Virus record (IMG/VR): IMGVR_UViG_3300035193_000030 | Span: 1-64,000 of that record | Length of the DNA: 64,000 nt | From: a virus | Strand: one strand, 5' to 3' | Part shown: piece after piece, positions 8,957-18,385 of the stretch | How the letters are laid out: each line of letters starts with the position of its first letter | Numbering within the stretch: the first letter of the stretch is position 1 | The notes under the pieces: generated by a model | Databases searched by the model: none | What the model saw: the letters and a program-made list of their open reading frames with translations, nothing else | Told to the model about the DNA's origin: nothing | Made by a program: the position numbers and the translations under genes

Positions 8957-9172
8957 TTAAAGAAAAAATTCTTCATTATCATATCCTTCAGGGATTGCCC
9001 AAAGATCATCTTTTTGATACAACGTGTATTTTACACCTGTGTCAGGATCAATTTTATAAGCATTGTTTAAAACATCTTCCCATGTTTCCCAATAGAATGC
9101 ATTTTCAGGGTTATTTAATTCATCTGAATTATCAAAATCCCATATCCAGTAAGAATTTTGAGGGTTATACAT
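8957..9172 (-). CDS. hypothetical acidic early protein (start may lie further upstream)
   Basis: 71-aa ORF; YWETWEDVLNNA...LYQKDDLW pattern. Confidence 0.6.
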   Translation of the reverse strand: MYNPQNSYWIWDFDNSDELNNPENAFYWETWEDVLNNAYKIDPDTGVKYTLYQKDDLWAIPEGYDNEEFFL

Positions 9173-9280
9173 TTGATAAAATGTCTGTGGTATATAAATA
9201 CCGTGATGATTATCAATTAAACAATTGGTTCTAATTTCGTTTCCATAATCTTTATGGTATTAATCCTCTGCATTATTGCA

Positions 9281-9346
9281 TTGTCCCTTCTCCCGGAATC
9301 GAACCAGGAACGCTTATTATTTCACGTTTAACCATATTTAGAAGGG
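9281..9346 (-). ncRNA. tRNA-like element
   Basis: CCCTTCT/AGAAGGG 7-bp acceptor stem, CCTGG-TTCGATT-CCGGG T-arm, 3' ACAA, degenerate D and anticodon region. Confidence 0.65.
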
Positions 9347-9351
9347 TTTGT

Positions 9352-9385
9352 AAAAGAAGGAGAGTAACCAAACACGGCTACTCTC
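9352..9385 (-). terminator. Terminator-like hairpin upstream of tRNA-like element
   Basis: GAGAGTAGCC/GGTTACTCTC stem followed by CTTCTTTT. Confidence 0.5.
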
Positions 9386-9534
9386 AGAATTTAGTTTAAC
9401 CTATAAACTAACAAACCATGAAAAAACTAAATTATTTGTATTGCTTTCATAAAAAACAATATGAACGTACACAAAGTTATAAAAAATAATAACCGGCTGT
9501 GTATAATTCGTAAGTAAATGCGTATTGTTTTCAT

Positions 9535-9762
9535 TTAGTTACAGATTTGTAAATGTGATTCGTTTAATTTAGTAACGACCTTAATTTTCAAATCGTTGAA
9601 AAAGAAAGTTTTCTTTAATTTAAGTCTTTTCAATAATGAAAATCCTGCTAACAATACTTTTGAATGGCTTACGGTTTCAAAAAATGTAATTATTCTTTGA
9701 GGAGGAATAGGTAAGATTTCAACCGTCTCCCATGGGTTGTACGTGTCAAAAATTGCTTTCAT
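9535..9762 (-). CDS. hypothetical early protein
   Basis: 75-aa ORF with typical leader. Confidence 0.5.
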   Translation of the reverse strand: MKAIFDTYNPWETVEILPIPPQRIITFFETVSHSKVLLAGFSLLKRLKLKKTFFFNDLKIKVVTKLNESHLQICN

Positions 9763-9849
9763 AATAATCTTATTTTTTAATTTGACATTTATTTAATTTT
9801 TACTACTGCAAAAACCCGAACACTGCAAGCAGGCCGGGTAATAGAAATG

Positions 9850-9924
9850 TTATTTCGGGAAAGTTACGTTGCGTAATAAGAACGATCCCAAAATAAAAAT
9901 GAGTACAAAAATTAAAATTACCAT
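9850..9924 (-). CDS. Small hydrophobic peptide (about 24 aa, MVILIFVLIFILGSFLLRNVTFPK)
   Basis: ATG follows a 26-nt leader identical to that of 9992..10249; single TM-like stretch. Confidence 0.4.
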   Translation of the reverse strand: MVILIFVLIFILGSFLLRNVTFPK

Positions 9925-9941
9925 AATTGCTAAATTTAATT

Positions 9942-10001
9942 GGTTAAGACAACCAGTTTTTTTACTGGTTGTTTCGGTTACAAAAACCTCATCAGTTAAC
10001 C
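9942..10001 (-). ncRNA. Type I hammerhead ribozyme (HH2)
   Basis: Minus strand GGUUAA-CUGAUGA-GGUU(uuugu)AACC-GAAA-CAACCAGU(A-loop)ACUGGUUG-UC-UUAACC: perfect core and stems, GUC triplet. Confidence 0.92.
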
Positions 10002-10249
10002 TTATAATCTTTTGAAAAATGTTGTTTTAAGGAACAAAAATGAGAAAGATTTAATGGAATTGTAAACCAATGTCCCAATACTTTTAAATGCATTTCATTG
10101 TTATAAATTTGCCCTACGCTATTTCCATTTCCTCCATCACGTATGGATAATATGTGTGATCTTTCGTCTGTCCCCCTTTCGAGTTGAATAAGAAATTTAT
10201 TAATTTCATCAGGTTGATAAATGTAATATCCTTCTTTTAGTGTTTTCAT
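9992..10249 (-). CDS. hypothetical early protein
   Basis: 85-aa ORF; its TGA stop lies within the hammerhead CUGAUGA core. Confidence 0.6.
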   Translation of the reverse strand: MKTLKEGYYIYQPDEINKFLIQLERGTDERSHILSIRDGGNGNSVGQIYNNEMHLKVLGHWFTIPLNLSHFCSLKQHFSKDYKVN

Positions 10250-11536
10250 AATTGCTAAATTTAATTGGTTAATAAAAAATGTAAATAATAATAGTGAAAC
10301 GGCAATAGTTACGACCTACGAATTATTTACATAAAAAATGTAAATACAGACAGTAATTAATATTACTATACCATTCCAAATTTAACCAAAAAATAAAATG
10401 AATTAATTTAATTATGAAAATTACACAACGAACATAGTTTAATGAATGAATGCCTGAAAGTATTTCACACATACCAATTGACATTATAAGTACAAACATT
10501 AATACCGAGTATTTGAGTTACTCGTGTATAGCGCCTTACGATTTTGACTCTTTTCGGTGTACGGTTTGCCGATTCGTGAATTATCAGTATACATACTGAA
10601 TGTACGTTTGCCCGCCTCTACGCTACACAATGTTCATTATTTCAAAGGACATACGAACCAAAGTTGGTTCGGTGGGTAATTGTTACATTTAATTGTGAAT
10701 GAACGTAACTTGTAATTTGTTATGGTAAATGTACGAAAAAAAGGTAATACGTGTCAAGGATTTTAACACTTTTTTTATAAATATTTTATAAAAAAGTACA
10801 TAATGGGGTTGGGCATACTGAAAGCACTGGTAGTGTAGGAGATTGGGTGTCGAATAATTGGGGTAAATTGGTGGAAAAAACGTAAATTTATACTGGTACC
10901 CTTCGCGTCTGAACGCTCGGAAACACTTGTGAACAAAGGCGGAGCGATGGATTGGTAGGGGCAAATGAGGAGAATAGTTAAAAGGGGGTTTAACCAGGTT
11001 GTAAAAAAGTGAGGGAATGGGTGTGAATGTGACAATGAATAAGGTCATAACAGTAACAATAGTAGTTATGTGTAATGTACGAATGACAATAAACAGGGTT
11101 GTAGGGGGTGTGAGACAATGGAGTAGAGAGTGTCTGGATACCGCATGGGTAGGGGGGTGCATGCGTTCGGCGTATGCACGTATACGTGATTGGCTCGGTC
11201 ACGGTATAAAAATCCGCACAAATTTTTTAGGGAAAAAACAAAATCACGGGAAACGGATTAACCTAATATCAGAACCCCCAAACTTCTATATAAATAATAA
11301 ACTAATACACGACCCCCATTTACATACAGTATCAGTAGATATGTTTGAGGGGGTAGATAAAGAAGAATTGAGAAAAAAGATTGAACAGTCAATACAACAA
11401 TCACATACATTTGAATATAAAGGACATGATAATGGATTTTGTGTGTTTGATTTAACAACATGAAAATCCATTTTTTTATTTTATAAAAGGGTGGGAAAAA
11501 TTTTGTAAAAAAATTTAGGTAAAAAATAAAAACAAT

Positions 11537-12145
11537 ATGAGACAGTCTAAAATAGATCAGAAAGTGATGCGGTTAAAAAGAGAAAAAATGGTAAGGGTGC
11601 AGAAACTTGAACCATTGGGAAAGAATCGTATTTTGTTTAAAGGATTACATGATTTGCCTGAGATTACGGATGAGTTTTTGGAAGCGGTACGATATTATGC
11701 TTCATTAGGATATACGGATAGACAATTGGCTAAACATTTCCATATGTCCGTGCATAACGTGGCGTATTTGGTGGATAATAATGTGGATTTTCGTGAGGCG
11801 GTGTTGAGTGGGAGGGATGAAATAAATATGCAGGTTGAGATGTCGTTTGCAAGGTTGGCAAAAGGGTATAAATACCCTGACATAGAATTGTATTATTATA
11901 AAGGGGAGGTTATACAGGTTCCGGTAAAGAAAACGCAGCATCCGAATGCATACGCCGCTTATAAATGGTTAGTGAACCGTTGTCCGGAACGTTGGAAAGA
12001 TAAAAAGACAATTGAGGGTGATATGAATCTGAACGTAATGCGAAATGTAGATTTAAAAGATTTCACGGATGCCGAGTTGCTGGCAATTGAGAAAATAGGT
12101 TTAACAAAGATGATGGGTGAGAATGCAAGTAAACGAGTTAATTAG
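11537..12145 (+). CDS. Terminase small subunit
   Basis: HTH (GYTDRQLAKHF), AKGY and WLVNRCPERWKDK motifs; directly upstream of TerL. Confidence 0.8.
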   Translation: MRQSKIDQKVMRLKREKMVRVQKLEPLGKNRILFKGLHDLPEITDEFLEAVRYYASLGYTDRQLAKHFHMSVHNVAYLVDNNVDFREAVLSGRDEINMQVEMSFARLAKGYKYPDIELYYYKGEVIQVPVKKTQHPNAYAAYKWLVNRCPERWKDKKTIEGDMNLNVMRNVDLKDFTDAELLAIEKIGLTKMMGENASKRVN

Positions 12146-13712
12146 AGAAAAAAGTATTGATGAAGGAAATAAGGTAGCATTAAGCAGTTCGTTCCTTTCC
12201 ACGAAGGAGGAACGTGCTGCTGAAGCTGTTAAAAGCCCGGTGGCGATTCGCCGGGAGTTGAATACACGTTCTTTGTATACGTTTTTGGAGTATTTTTGGG
12301 ATGTGGTGTCAAATGATGAATTTAAACCCAATTGGCATATACGGTATTTGTGTGCTGAGTTGCAGAAAATTGCAGAGAGGGTAGGAGAGAATAAACCGAA
12401 GGAATACGATTTGATTATTAATATTCCGCCTGGGATGACCAAGACAATCATTTGTTCCATTATGTTCCCGGCGTGGTGTTGGACACGGTGGTTTTATATG
12501 CGGTTTATTACGGCAAGTTACGGGGCGATATTATCTTTGGAGTCTGCGGAATACAGCCGTGATCTGATTCGTAGTGACAGATTTAGAATGGTGTACCCGG
12601 AATTATCTATTAAAGAGGATAAGGATACAAAAAGTAATTTTAAAATAGTGAAACTGAAAGATTCGATGAAAGGGAGAGGAGTGGCATTGAGAGGAGTTAA
12701 TGGAGGGAATAGGTATAGTACATCGGTAGGAGGGGCGTTGATAGGGTTTCATGGTCACATTCATATTGTGGATGACCCGTTGGATCCGAAACGGGCAGCT
12801 AGTGATATTGAGTTGCAGAAAGCGAACCATTGGTGTGACCAGACCCTTTCAACACGTAAGACGGATAAGAAAGTGACCACATTAATTTTAATAATGCAGA
12901 GATTACACCAGAATGACCCATCTGGGCATATGTTAGAGAAGAAAGGGAAGAAGATAAAACACATTTGTTTGCCTGGGGAATTGAAGAATTTCAGACAATA
13001 CGTTTCCCCTCCTGAAATGGAATTGAAATACAGGAAGGATTTATTAGATCCAGTAAGATTAGGATGGGATGAATTGAATGAAATGGAAATGGATTTGGGA
13101 CAATATGGATATGCCGGACAGGTAGGGCAAAATCCAGTTCCTCCAGGAGGAGGAATGTTTAAGGTTGACCATTTTCAGATTGTAGATAAAGTTCCTAACA
13201 ATCCATTTTGTATAGCAAGGGTGCGGTATTGGGATAAAGCAGGAACACAAGGGGGAGGGGCATATACGGCGGGAGTTAGAATGGTTCAATTAGTGAATGG
13301 GAAATGGGTTATTGAAGATGTTAAGAGGGGACAATGGTCAAATGAATTGAGGGAGGATATTATTCGGGAAACGGCAGAAGCAGACGGAAAAAGAGTGGAT
13401 ATTTGGATTGAACAAGAGCCTGGTAGTGGAGGAAAAGAAAGTGCAGAGGGAACAATACGAAATTTAGCAGGGTATGTTTGCAATGCGGAATGCCCTACAG
13501 GAAAGAAAGAATTTAGGGCTGACCCGTATAGTGTGCAGGTAAACAATGGAAATGTACTTTTATTACGAGCACATTGGAATAAGGAGTTTATTGAAGAACA
13601 TCGTTTCTATCCATACAGTACGTATAAAGATCAGGTTGATGCCGCAGCAGCAGCATTTAATCATCTTGCAGGAAAAAGGATAGCAAAGGTTTGGAAAAGG
13701 AGAAGAAGGTAA
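12117..13712 (+). CDS. terL: Terminase large subunit
   Basis: INIPPGMTKT Walker A, IVDDP Walker B, IMQRLH, YWDKA and KDQVDA nuclease motifs. Confidence 0.95.
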   Translation: MRMQVNELIREKSIDEGNKVALSSSFLSTKEERAAEAVKSPVAIRRELNTRSLYTFLEYFWDVVSNDEFKPNWHIRYLCAELQKIAERVGENKPKEYDLIINIPPGMTKTIICSIMFPAWCWTRWFYMRFITASYGAILSLESAEYSRDLIRSDRFRMVYPELSIKEDKDTKSNFKIVKLKDSMKGRGVALRGVNGGNRYSTSVGGALIGFHGHIHIVDDPLDPKRAASDIELQKANHWCDQTLSTRKTDKKVTTLILIMQRLHQNDPSGHMLEKKGKKIKHICLPGELKNFRQYVSPPEMELKYRKDLLDPVRLGWDELNEMEMDLGQYGYAGQVGQNPVPPGGGMFKVDHFQIVDKVPNNPFCIARVRYWDKAGTQGGGAYTAGVRMVQLVNGKWVIEDVKRGQWSNELREDIIRETAEADGKRVDIWIEQEPGSGGKESAEGTIRNLAGYVCNAECPTGKKEFRADPYSVQVNNGNVLLLRAHWNKEFIEEHRFYPYSTYKDQVDAAAAAFNHLAGKRIAKVWKRRRR

Positions 13713-13745
13713 TACAATATATTTATTAATTTAATTTTTTATTTT

Positions 13746-13964
13746 ATGACAACAAAGGCAGAATTATTAAAAGGGGTAATTAAATTTTTTAATTATGAAA
13801 AAGGATATGGTTTTGTAATTGATACCATGTCTGCGAAAGAGTTCTTTTTCCACGTAACTGATATAGCAGATAACAATAAGGTATTACAGAAGGATGAAGA
13901 TGTCTTTTTTTCGTTAACAGAAGGAAAAAAAGGTGTGAAAGCAATAAATGTAAAAAGGCAATAG
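13746..13964 (+). CDS. cspA: Cold-shock domain protein
   Basis: GVIKFFN..KGYGFV (RNP1), FFHVTDI (RNP2), KGVKAINV. Confidence 0.9.
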   Translation: MTTKAELLKGVIKFFNYEKGYGFVIDTMSAKEFFFHVTDIADNNKVLQKDEDVFFSLTEGKKGVKAINVKRQ

Positions 13965-13969
13965 AGGTT

Positions 13970-14317
13970 ATGGCATCAGAAATTTTGTATAAAGGAGATG
14001 GTATTTTAAAGTTAACGGCTTCGTTTGCTACAGGGAAAACATGGGGAAGCTATGAAGAAGTTATTGTAGAAGCAATAGATAAGAATGGGGTTGTAATTCA
14101 AGAGGCAGGCTATCCTGCCTCAGTTGCAGATACAGATTTATATGTACCAGATACAACTTCGCCGATTATGTATTTTTACATGTTGTCCTCAAATAGGAAT
14201 TTGTTTAGTGGGGCGGTTACTTGGAAACTTAAATATAAAGAAGCAAATGCAAGATTTACAGATGATTCTTATTACAATCCAACATTTGAATTAAAAGGTA
14301 TATATTTATCACTATGA
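13970..14317 (+). CDS. hypothetical (possible virion Ig-like) protein
   Basis: 115-aa beta-rich ORF in the late operon. Confidence 0.6.
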   Translation: MASEILYKGDGILKLTASFATGKTWGSYEEVIVEAIDKNGVVIQEAGYPASVADTDLYVPDTTSPIMYFYMLSSNRNLFSGAVTWKLKYKEANARFTDDSYYNPTFELKGIYLSL

Positions 14318-14493
14318 TATTAGAAAGTGTAGAAATAGTAGACAGGACGGAATTAATTGGAGTGGAAATAGTAGACAGGACGGAATTAATAGATGTTGAG
14401 ATTGCTTCACCTGATGAAATAGCTTGGATTTTAGATAATGGTGTGTGGAATGATGATGGACAATGGATTGACACAGAAGTTTGGGAAGATTAA
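14314..14493 (+). CDS. Small acidic Trp-rich protein (59 aa) with internal VEIVDRTELI duplication
   Basis: ATGA overlap with the upstream gene; 30-nt-period tandem repeat; W..NG.W.DDG.W.D...W motif. Confidence 0.55.
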   Translation: MILESVEIVDRTELIGVEIVDRTELIDVEIASPDEIAWILDNGVWNDDGQWIDTEVWED

Positions 14494-14505
14494 AAATAAC
14501 ATATT

Positions 14506-14751
14506 ATGAAAAAAGAATTTGAAGAACAAGGAAAGAAGTTTACAATGGAGGTTACTAAATTAAAAGAAGATAAGAAACAGCCATATGTATATTATTCTAT
14601 TAAAACTAAAGGGAAAGATTATGAGGCAGAAGTAACGGTTGCTGAAAAGCATTTGATGATTCAAATTAAGGAGGAAGAAAGAAAGGCTAGAGGAATTGGA
14701 AGTGCAAAATTAGATATAAATGAAGTATTAAAAGAGAAAGGGTTTAAATGA
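14506..14751 (+). CDS. hypothetical protein
   Basis: 81-aa ORF in operon. Confidence 0.6.
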   Translation: MKKEFEEQGKKFTMEVTKLKEDKKQPYVYYSIKTKGKDYEAEVTVAEKHLMIQIKEEERKARGIGSAKLDINEVLKEKGFK

Positions 14752-15083
14752 TGAAGAAATTTATATTGTTCATTTTATTATTGTTTTTTGTGGTATTAGT
14801 AAGGGCACAAGAAAATAGTGAAATTGATTATTACGTTTGTAAGAGTAAGTTTATTGCAAAGAGAGTTGTAAAAAGATTTGATAAGGCGTGTATTGCTAAA
14901 GAATGGTTTTATGAGAATGAGGAATATTATATCGAATTAGAAGAAGGAGAAATATGTGAATATTATAAATTCTTAGGAATTGTAAAAATATTTTGCATCC
15001 CACGTAGGGCAATTTGCAATATACGGGAATTTACGGTTTTTGATGATGGATTTATTTGGGATGACGAAAATATGGAATTATGA
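14748..15083 (+). CDS. hypothetical protein with signal-peptide-like N-terminus
   Basis: MMKKFILFILLLFFVVLVRA-Q. Confidence 0.6.
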   Translation: MMKKFILFILLLFFVVLVRAQENSEIDYYVCKSKFIAKRVVKRFDKACIAKEWFYENEEYYIELEEGEICEYYKFLGIVKIFCIPRRAICNIREFTVFDDGFIWDDENMEL

Positions 15084-16453
15084 AAAGGATAATAATTTTT
15101 TTGGTAATTATTAGTGCAGTTATCTGCCTTGCCCCAATTGCGAATATAGAAAATGGTGAAAGCGGGTTGTCTGTGAGAAATAAATTGAATAAGGTTATAG
15201 ATTCACTTAATTATTCTTTTGCAAGTAAGGATACCCTTGTTAATTTTAATGATGAAGCGGCACAAGATGCAGTAGGAAATATATTAACAGATGGCACGAC
15301 AATAGATTTTACATATAATGATGGTACACCAAGTATTACGGCTGAGGTAATAAACAGTTCTGTTTCCTATTCAAAAATACAGAATATATCTGCTACAGAT
15401 AAAGTGCTTGGAAGAGTAACAGCAGGAGCGGGAGTTATTGAAGAAATAACATGTACATCGGCAGGAAGGGCATTACTGGATGATGCTGATGCTTCAGCAC
15501 AAAGGGCAACACTTGATGTAGACCAGGCAGGAACAGATAATAGCACGAATGTTTCACTTAATGCTTCTGCTACAACGGGAGGATTGTCAATTTCTACACA
15601 GGAAATTAGTTTCAGGGCAGCTACAAACGCACAAACAGGATATGCTACTGCTTCTCATATTACGGCTATTGAAGCAAATACAGCAAAAGAAACAAATGCA
15701 ACTCATACAGGGGATGTAACAGGAAGTGGAGAATTAACTATAGCTTCTGATGCGGTAGATGATACTCATATAGATTGGGGAACAGGAGCAAATCAGGTAA
15801 GTACGGTTGATATTCCGGAAGAAACAAATCTTTATTATACAGAAGTTCGGGTTAGTGCAAATACAGATGTATCTGCTAATACTTCTGCAAGACATAATGC
15901 TGTTACAGTAAGTGGAACACCTGATTATATTACTTTATCAGGACAAGATATTGTGCGAGGACAAGTGGATTTAACTTCTGATGTAACAGGAAATTTATCG
16001 ATTTCTAATTTAAATTCAGGAATAGGAGCTACTTCATCTTCATTCTGGAATGGTAATGGTTCATGGGTAGAAATTCCAGATACGATTCCAATATTTGTAT
16101 TTGGGGCAGGGGTTGGAAATGCAGGAGATACCTTAGCTTTTGATACAGATAATTTTTATGGTGTTTTTTATAATGTAAAAGATACTATTGTTGTAACTGA
16201 AATAAGGGGAGTTCTTCAAGGATCATCCCCAAGCGTTGCTGTTCAGGTTAGCTGGCATGCTACATTAGGGAGCGGTTCAGCAACTAATTTAAATACAGCT
16301 GCTCCAACTTTAACAAGCACAACTACAGGAGATTCTGATACAAGCTTTGATAATAATGAAATACCTCCTAATGTTTTTATATGGTGCAAAACTCCTACAG
16401 TTACGACAAAACCAACTATGATGATATTAACTTTAATAGGATATAGAAAATGA
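15080..16453 (+). CDS. Thr/Ala-rich fibre-like protein with signal-peptide-like N-terminus
   Basis: Fibre-like segments (RALLDDADASAQRATL, HTGDVTG, TNLYYTEVRV) and hydrophobic N-terminus. Confidence 0.65.
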   Translation: MKRIIIFLVIISAVICLAPIANIENGESGLSVRNKLNKVIDSLNYSFASKDTLVNFNDEAAQDAVGNILTDGTTIDFTYNDGTPSITAEVINSSVSYSKIQNISATDKVLGRVTAGAGVIEEITCTSAGRALLDDADASAQRATLDVDQAGTDNSTNVSLNASATTGGLSISTQEISFRAATNAQTGYATASHITAIEANTAKETNATHTGDVTGSGELTIASDAVDDTHIDWGTGANQVSTVDIPEETNLYYTEVRVSANTDVSANTSARHNAVTVSGTPDYITLSGQDIVRGQVDLTSDVTGNLSISNLNSGIGATSSSFWNGNGSWVEIPDTIPIFVFGAGVGNAGDTLAFDTDNFYGVFYNVKDTIVVTEIRGVLQGSSPSVAVQVSWHATLGSGSATNLNTAAPTLTSTTTGDSDTSFDNNEIPPNVFIWCKTPTVTTKPTMMILTLIGYRK

Positions 16454-17112
16454 AAAAACTGTTAATAAGTATATTATTTATATATAGTATAATAGGATCA
16501 TCTCAACTTATCTCAAGATATCCTATGTATATTCCTTATCGAGAATTTGATATATCTGATAAATTATACTTTGATAATTTTGATTCATATGCATTAGGTT
16601 CTACATTAGATGGACAAGGTGGATGGGCATCTGTTTTTAATTCAATACAAGTTCACCCTTCTTATTATTCTTTTCGAGGACTTTCTTCCTATTCACTGCA
16701 TTGGAAACCAGATAGTTTAACTGAAACTGATGATCAAGTAGCTGGAATAGATTTTGAAATATTACAAGCTACTGGGGCTGATGTTGGTATTGCATTAAGG
16801 GTTAACCCGGATAATGGGGGTACTGCATATGTTTATATGATAAATAGCACAACTACTTATTTCGGACGGTGGCTTGAAGGAAGTTATTTAAATTTAGCAT
16901 CTGGGGGTCATTCAGAGACTACAGGTACCCTAAGTATGGAAGTTGAAGGAAATACTATTCGTTGTTATTTAAACGGGGAATTAAATACTGCCCTTACCGG
17001 AGGGACTGGTATTTTTACAAATACTGCTATTCCAACAGGTAAAGGTGTTGGAATTTATGTTTATCAGCTAGGGTATGCTATTGGGGACAATTGGTATGCA
17101 CATGATTTATAA
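16450..17112 (+). CDS. Beta-sandwich (concanavalin/LamG-like) protein with signal-like N-terminus
   Basis: FDNFDSY...LSMEVEGNTIRCYLNG...GVGIY...DNW pattern. Confidence 0.6.
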   Translation: MKKLLISILFIYSIIGSSQLISRYPMYIPYREFDISDKLYFDNFDSYALGSTLDGQGGWASVFNSIQVHPSYYSFRGLSSYSLHWKPDSLTETDDQVAGIDFEILQATGADVGIALRVNPDNGGTAYVYMINSTTTYFGRWLEGSYLNLASGGHSETTGTLSMEVEGNTIRCYLNGELNTALTGGTGIFTNTAIPTGKGVGIYVYQLGYAIGDNWYAHDL

Positions 17113-17127
17113 TTAAAATTTAAAGCT

Positions 17128-17409
17128 ATGAAACTAAAAAATCATTTAGAGTATATGGGAAGTGTTTATTTATTTTTTATTTTGTTTATAGGTTTTATAC
17201 TTCTTACACAATGCACATATTCAGCATTAATTAAATCATCGCTTCCAGAACGTGATAAATACACCATAATTAACGAACGATGTTCGGGTGATACAAACTA
17301 CTATGAAATAAAAGATAATGGCACAGGGCTTGAAATATGGCTTAAAAAGGATAAATTTGATATAGGCTCTGAAATAGGATTAAACGTATCAATAAAAATT
17401 ATGTTATAA
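17128..17409 (+). CDS. Membrane-anchored hypothetical protein
   Basis: N-terminal TM segment. Confidence 0.5.
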   Translation: MKLKNHLEYMGSVYLFFILFIGFILLTQCTYSALIKSSLPERDKYTIINERCSGDTNYYEIKDNGTGLEIWLKKDKFDIGSEIGLNVSIKIML

Positions 17410-17552
17410 TAAAAGAAGTTAACAATTAAAATTTAAAGTTATGTCAAACGGTTCAACAAAACATCCTCCCCCGCCTGGTGGTGGAGGATTAACTGCAAAG
17501 AAAACCGATAATTGGTTACAAAAATTTTATAAATGGTTAAAAGGCTTATTTA

Positions 17553-17966
17553 ATGAGAATAAAAGCGATAAGTGATATACTGTTTTTATTATTTTTATTT
17601 TTATATATGATTTCTGGAAATATCATAAAAAAATATTTTGGATATATTGATGTTTATCATAGTCCTTATTTTTCATTAATTTTTTACGGTGTATTAGCTA
17701 TTTATATAGGGGTAAATAAATTAAAAGACAGCAAATATGCGATAAATGATTTATACAGGTATATTTTTAAAGGTACTGGTTTATTTTTTATGTTTTATTT
17801 TATAACTGAAGGGATTGCGTTTTTTGATATAAAAAATTATGATAAATATATTCCAAAAACAAATCTATTTTTATCAGGAGGTTTGTTTATTATATGTTTA
17901 TTTATATTGTTAACCTTTAAAATATGGAAACATGACAAAAAAAGAATGGGGAGACACAATGATTAA
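17553..17966 (+). CDS. Multi-pass membrane protein
   Basis: About four hydrophobic segments. Confidence 0.6.
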   Translation: MRIKAISDILFLLFLFLYMISGNIIKKYFGYIDVYHSPYFSLIFYGVLAIYIGVNKLKDSKYAINDLYRYIFKGTGLFFMFYFITEGIAFFDIKNYDKYIPKTNLFLSGGLFIICLFILLTFKIWKHDKKRMGRHND

Positions 17967-18255
17967 ATCATTAATTCCGGTAGCTCTATCAATGATGGCA
18001 ACTATATTGGTTTTAGCTTTTAAAGCACCTTTCAATTTTAAAAATAATGTTGAAACAGCTATTGAAAAAAAAGCAGATAAAACAGAGATTGAAAGGTTAG
18101 ATAGAGAAAAAGTAGGGCATACTGAATTTAATGAATATAAAAAGACAGAGAGGGAGTTGACCGATTCAAGATTTGAGCGTATAGATCAAAAACTGGATTT
18201 AATTTTAATAAAAGACGGAATAAAAATACCCGAAAAATTAAAATATAAAGAATGA
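17932..18255 (+). CDS. Membrane-anchored coiled-coil protein (holin/lysis-associated?)
   Basis: One TM plus RFERIDQKLD coiled coil. Confidence 0.55.
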   Translation: MTKKEWGDTMIKSLIPVALSMMATILVLAFKAPFNFKNNVETAIEKKADKTEIERLDREKVGHTEFNEYKKTERELTDSRFERIDQKLDLILIKDGIKIPEKLKYKE

Positions 18256-18385
18256 AAATAATACTATATTGCTCGGATAGTTCTTTTGGGAGTATTGAAG
18301 TATTTCAATACAGTGATTTTGAACCAAATAAACCATATTGTACAGGATTTATAAAAGAACAAATGAATAAATTCAATAAAAGATC

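Noticed and set aside
7149-9346. Canonical tRNA genes
   Set aside because: T-arms and acceptor stems are present but there are no proper D or anticodon arms; reported as tRNA-like instead.
10689-11463. Overlapping ORFs 10689-11162, 10775-11035, 10990-11202 and 11017-11463
   Set aside because: Atypical composition and mutual overlap; only the 3' part of 11017-11463 might be coding, so none were called.
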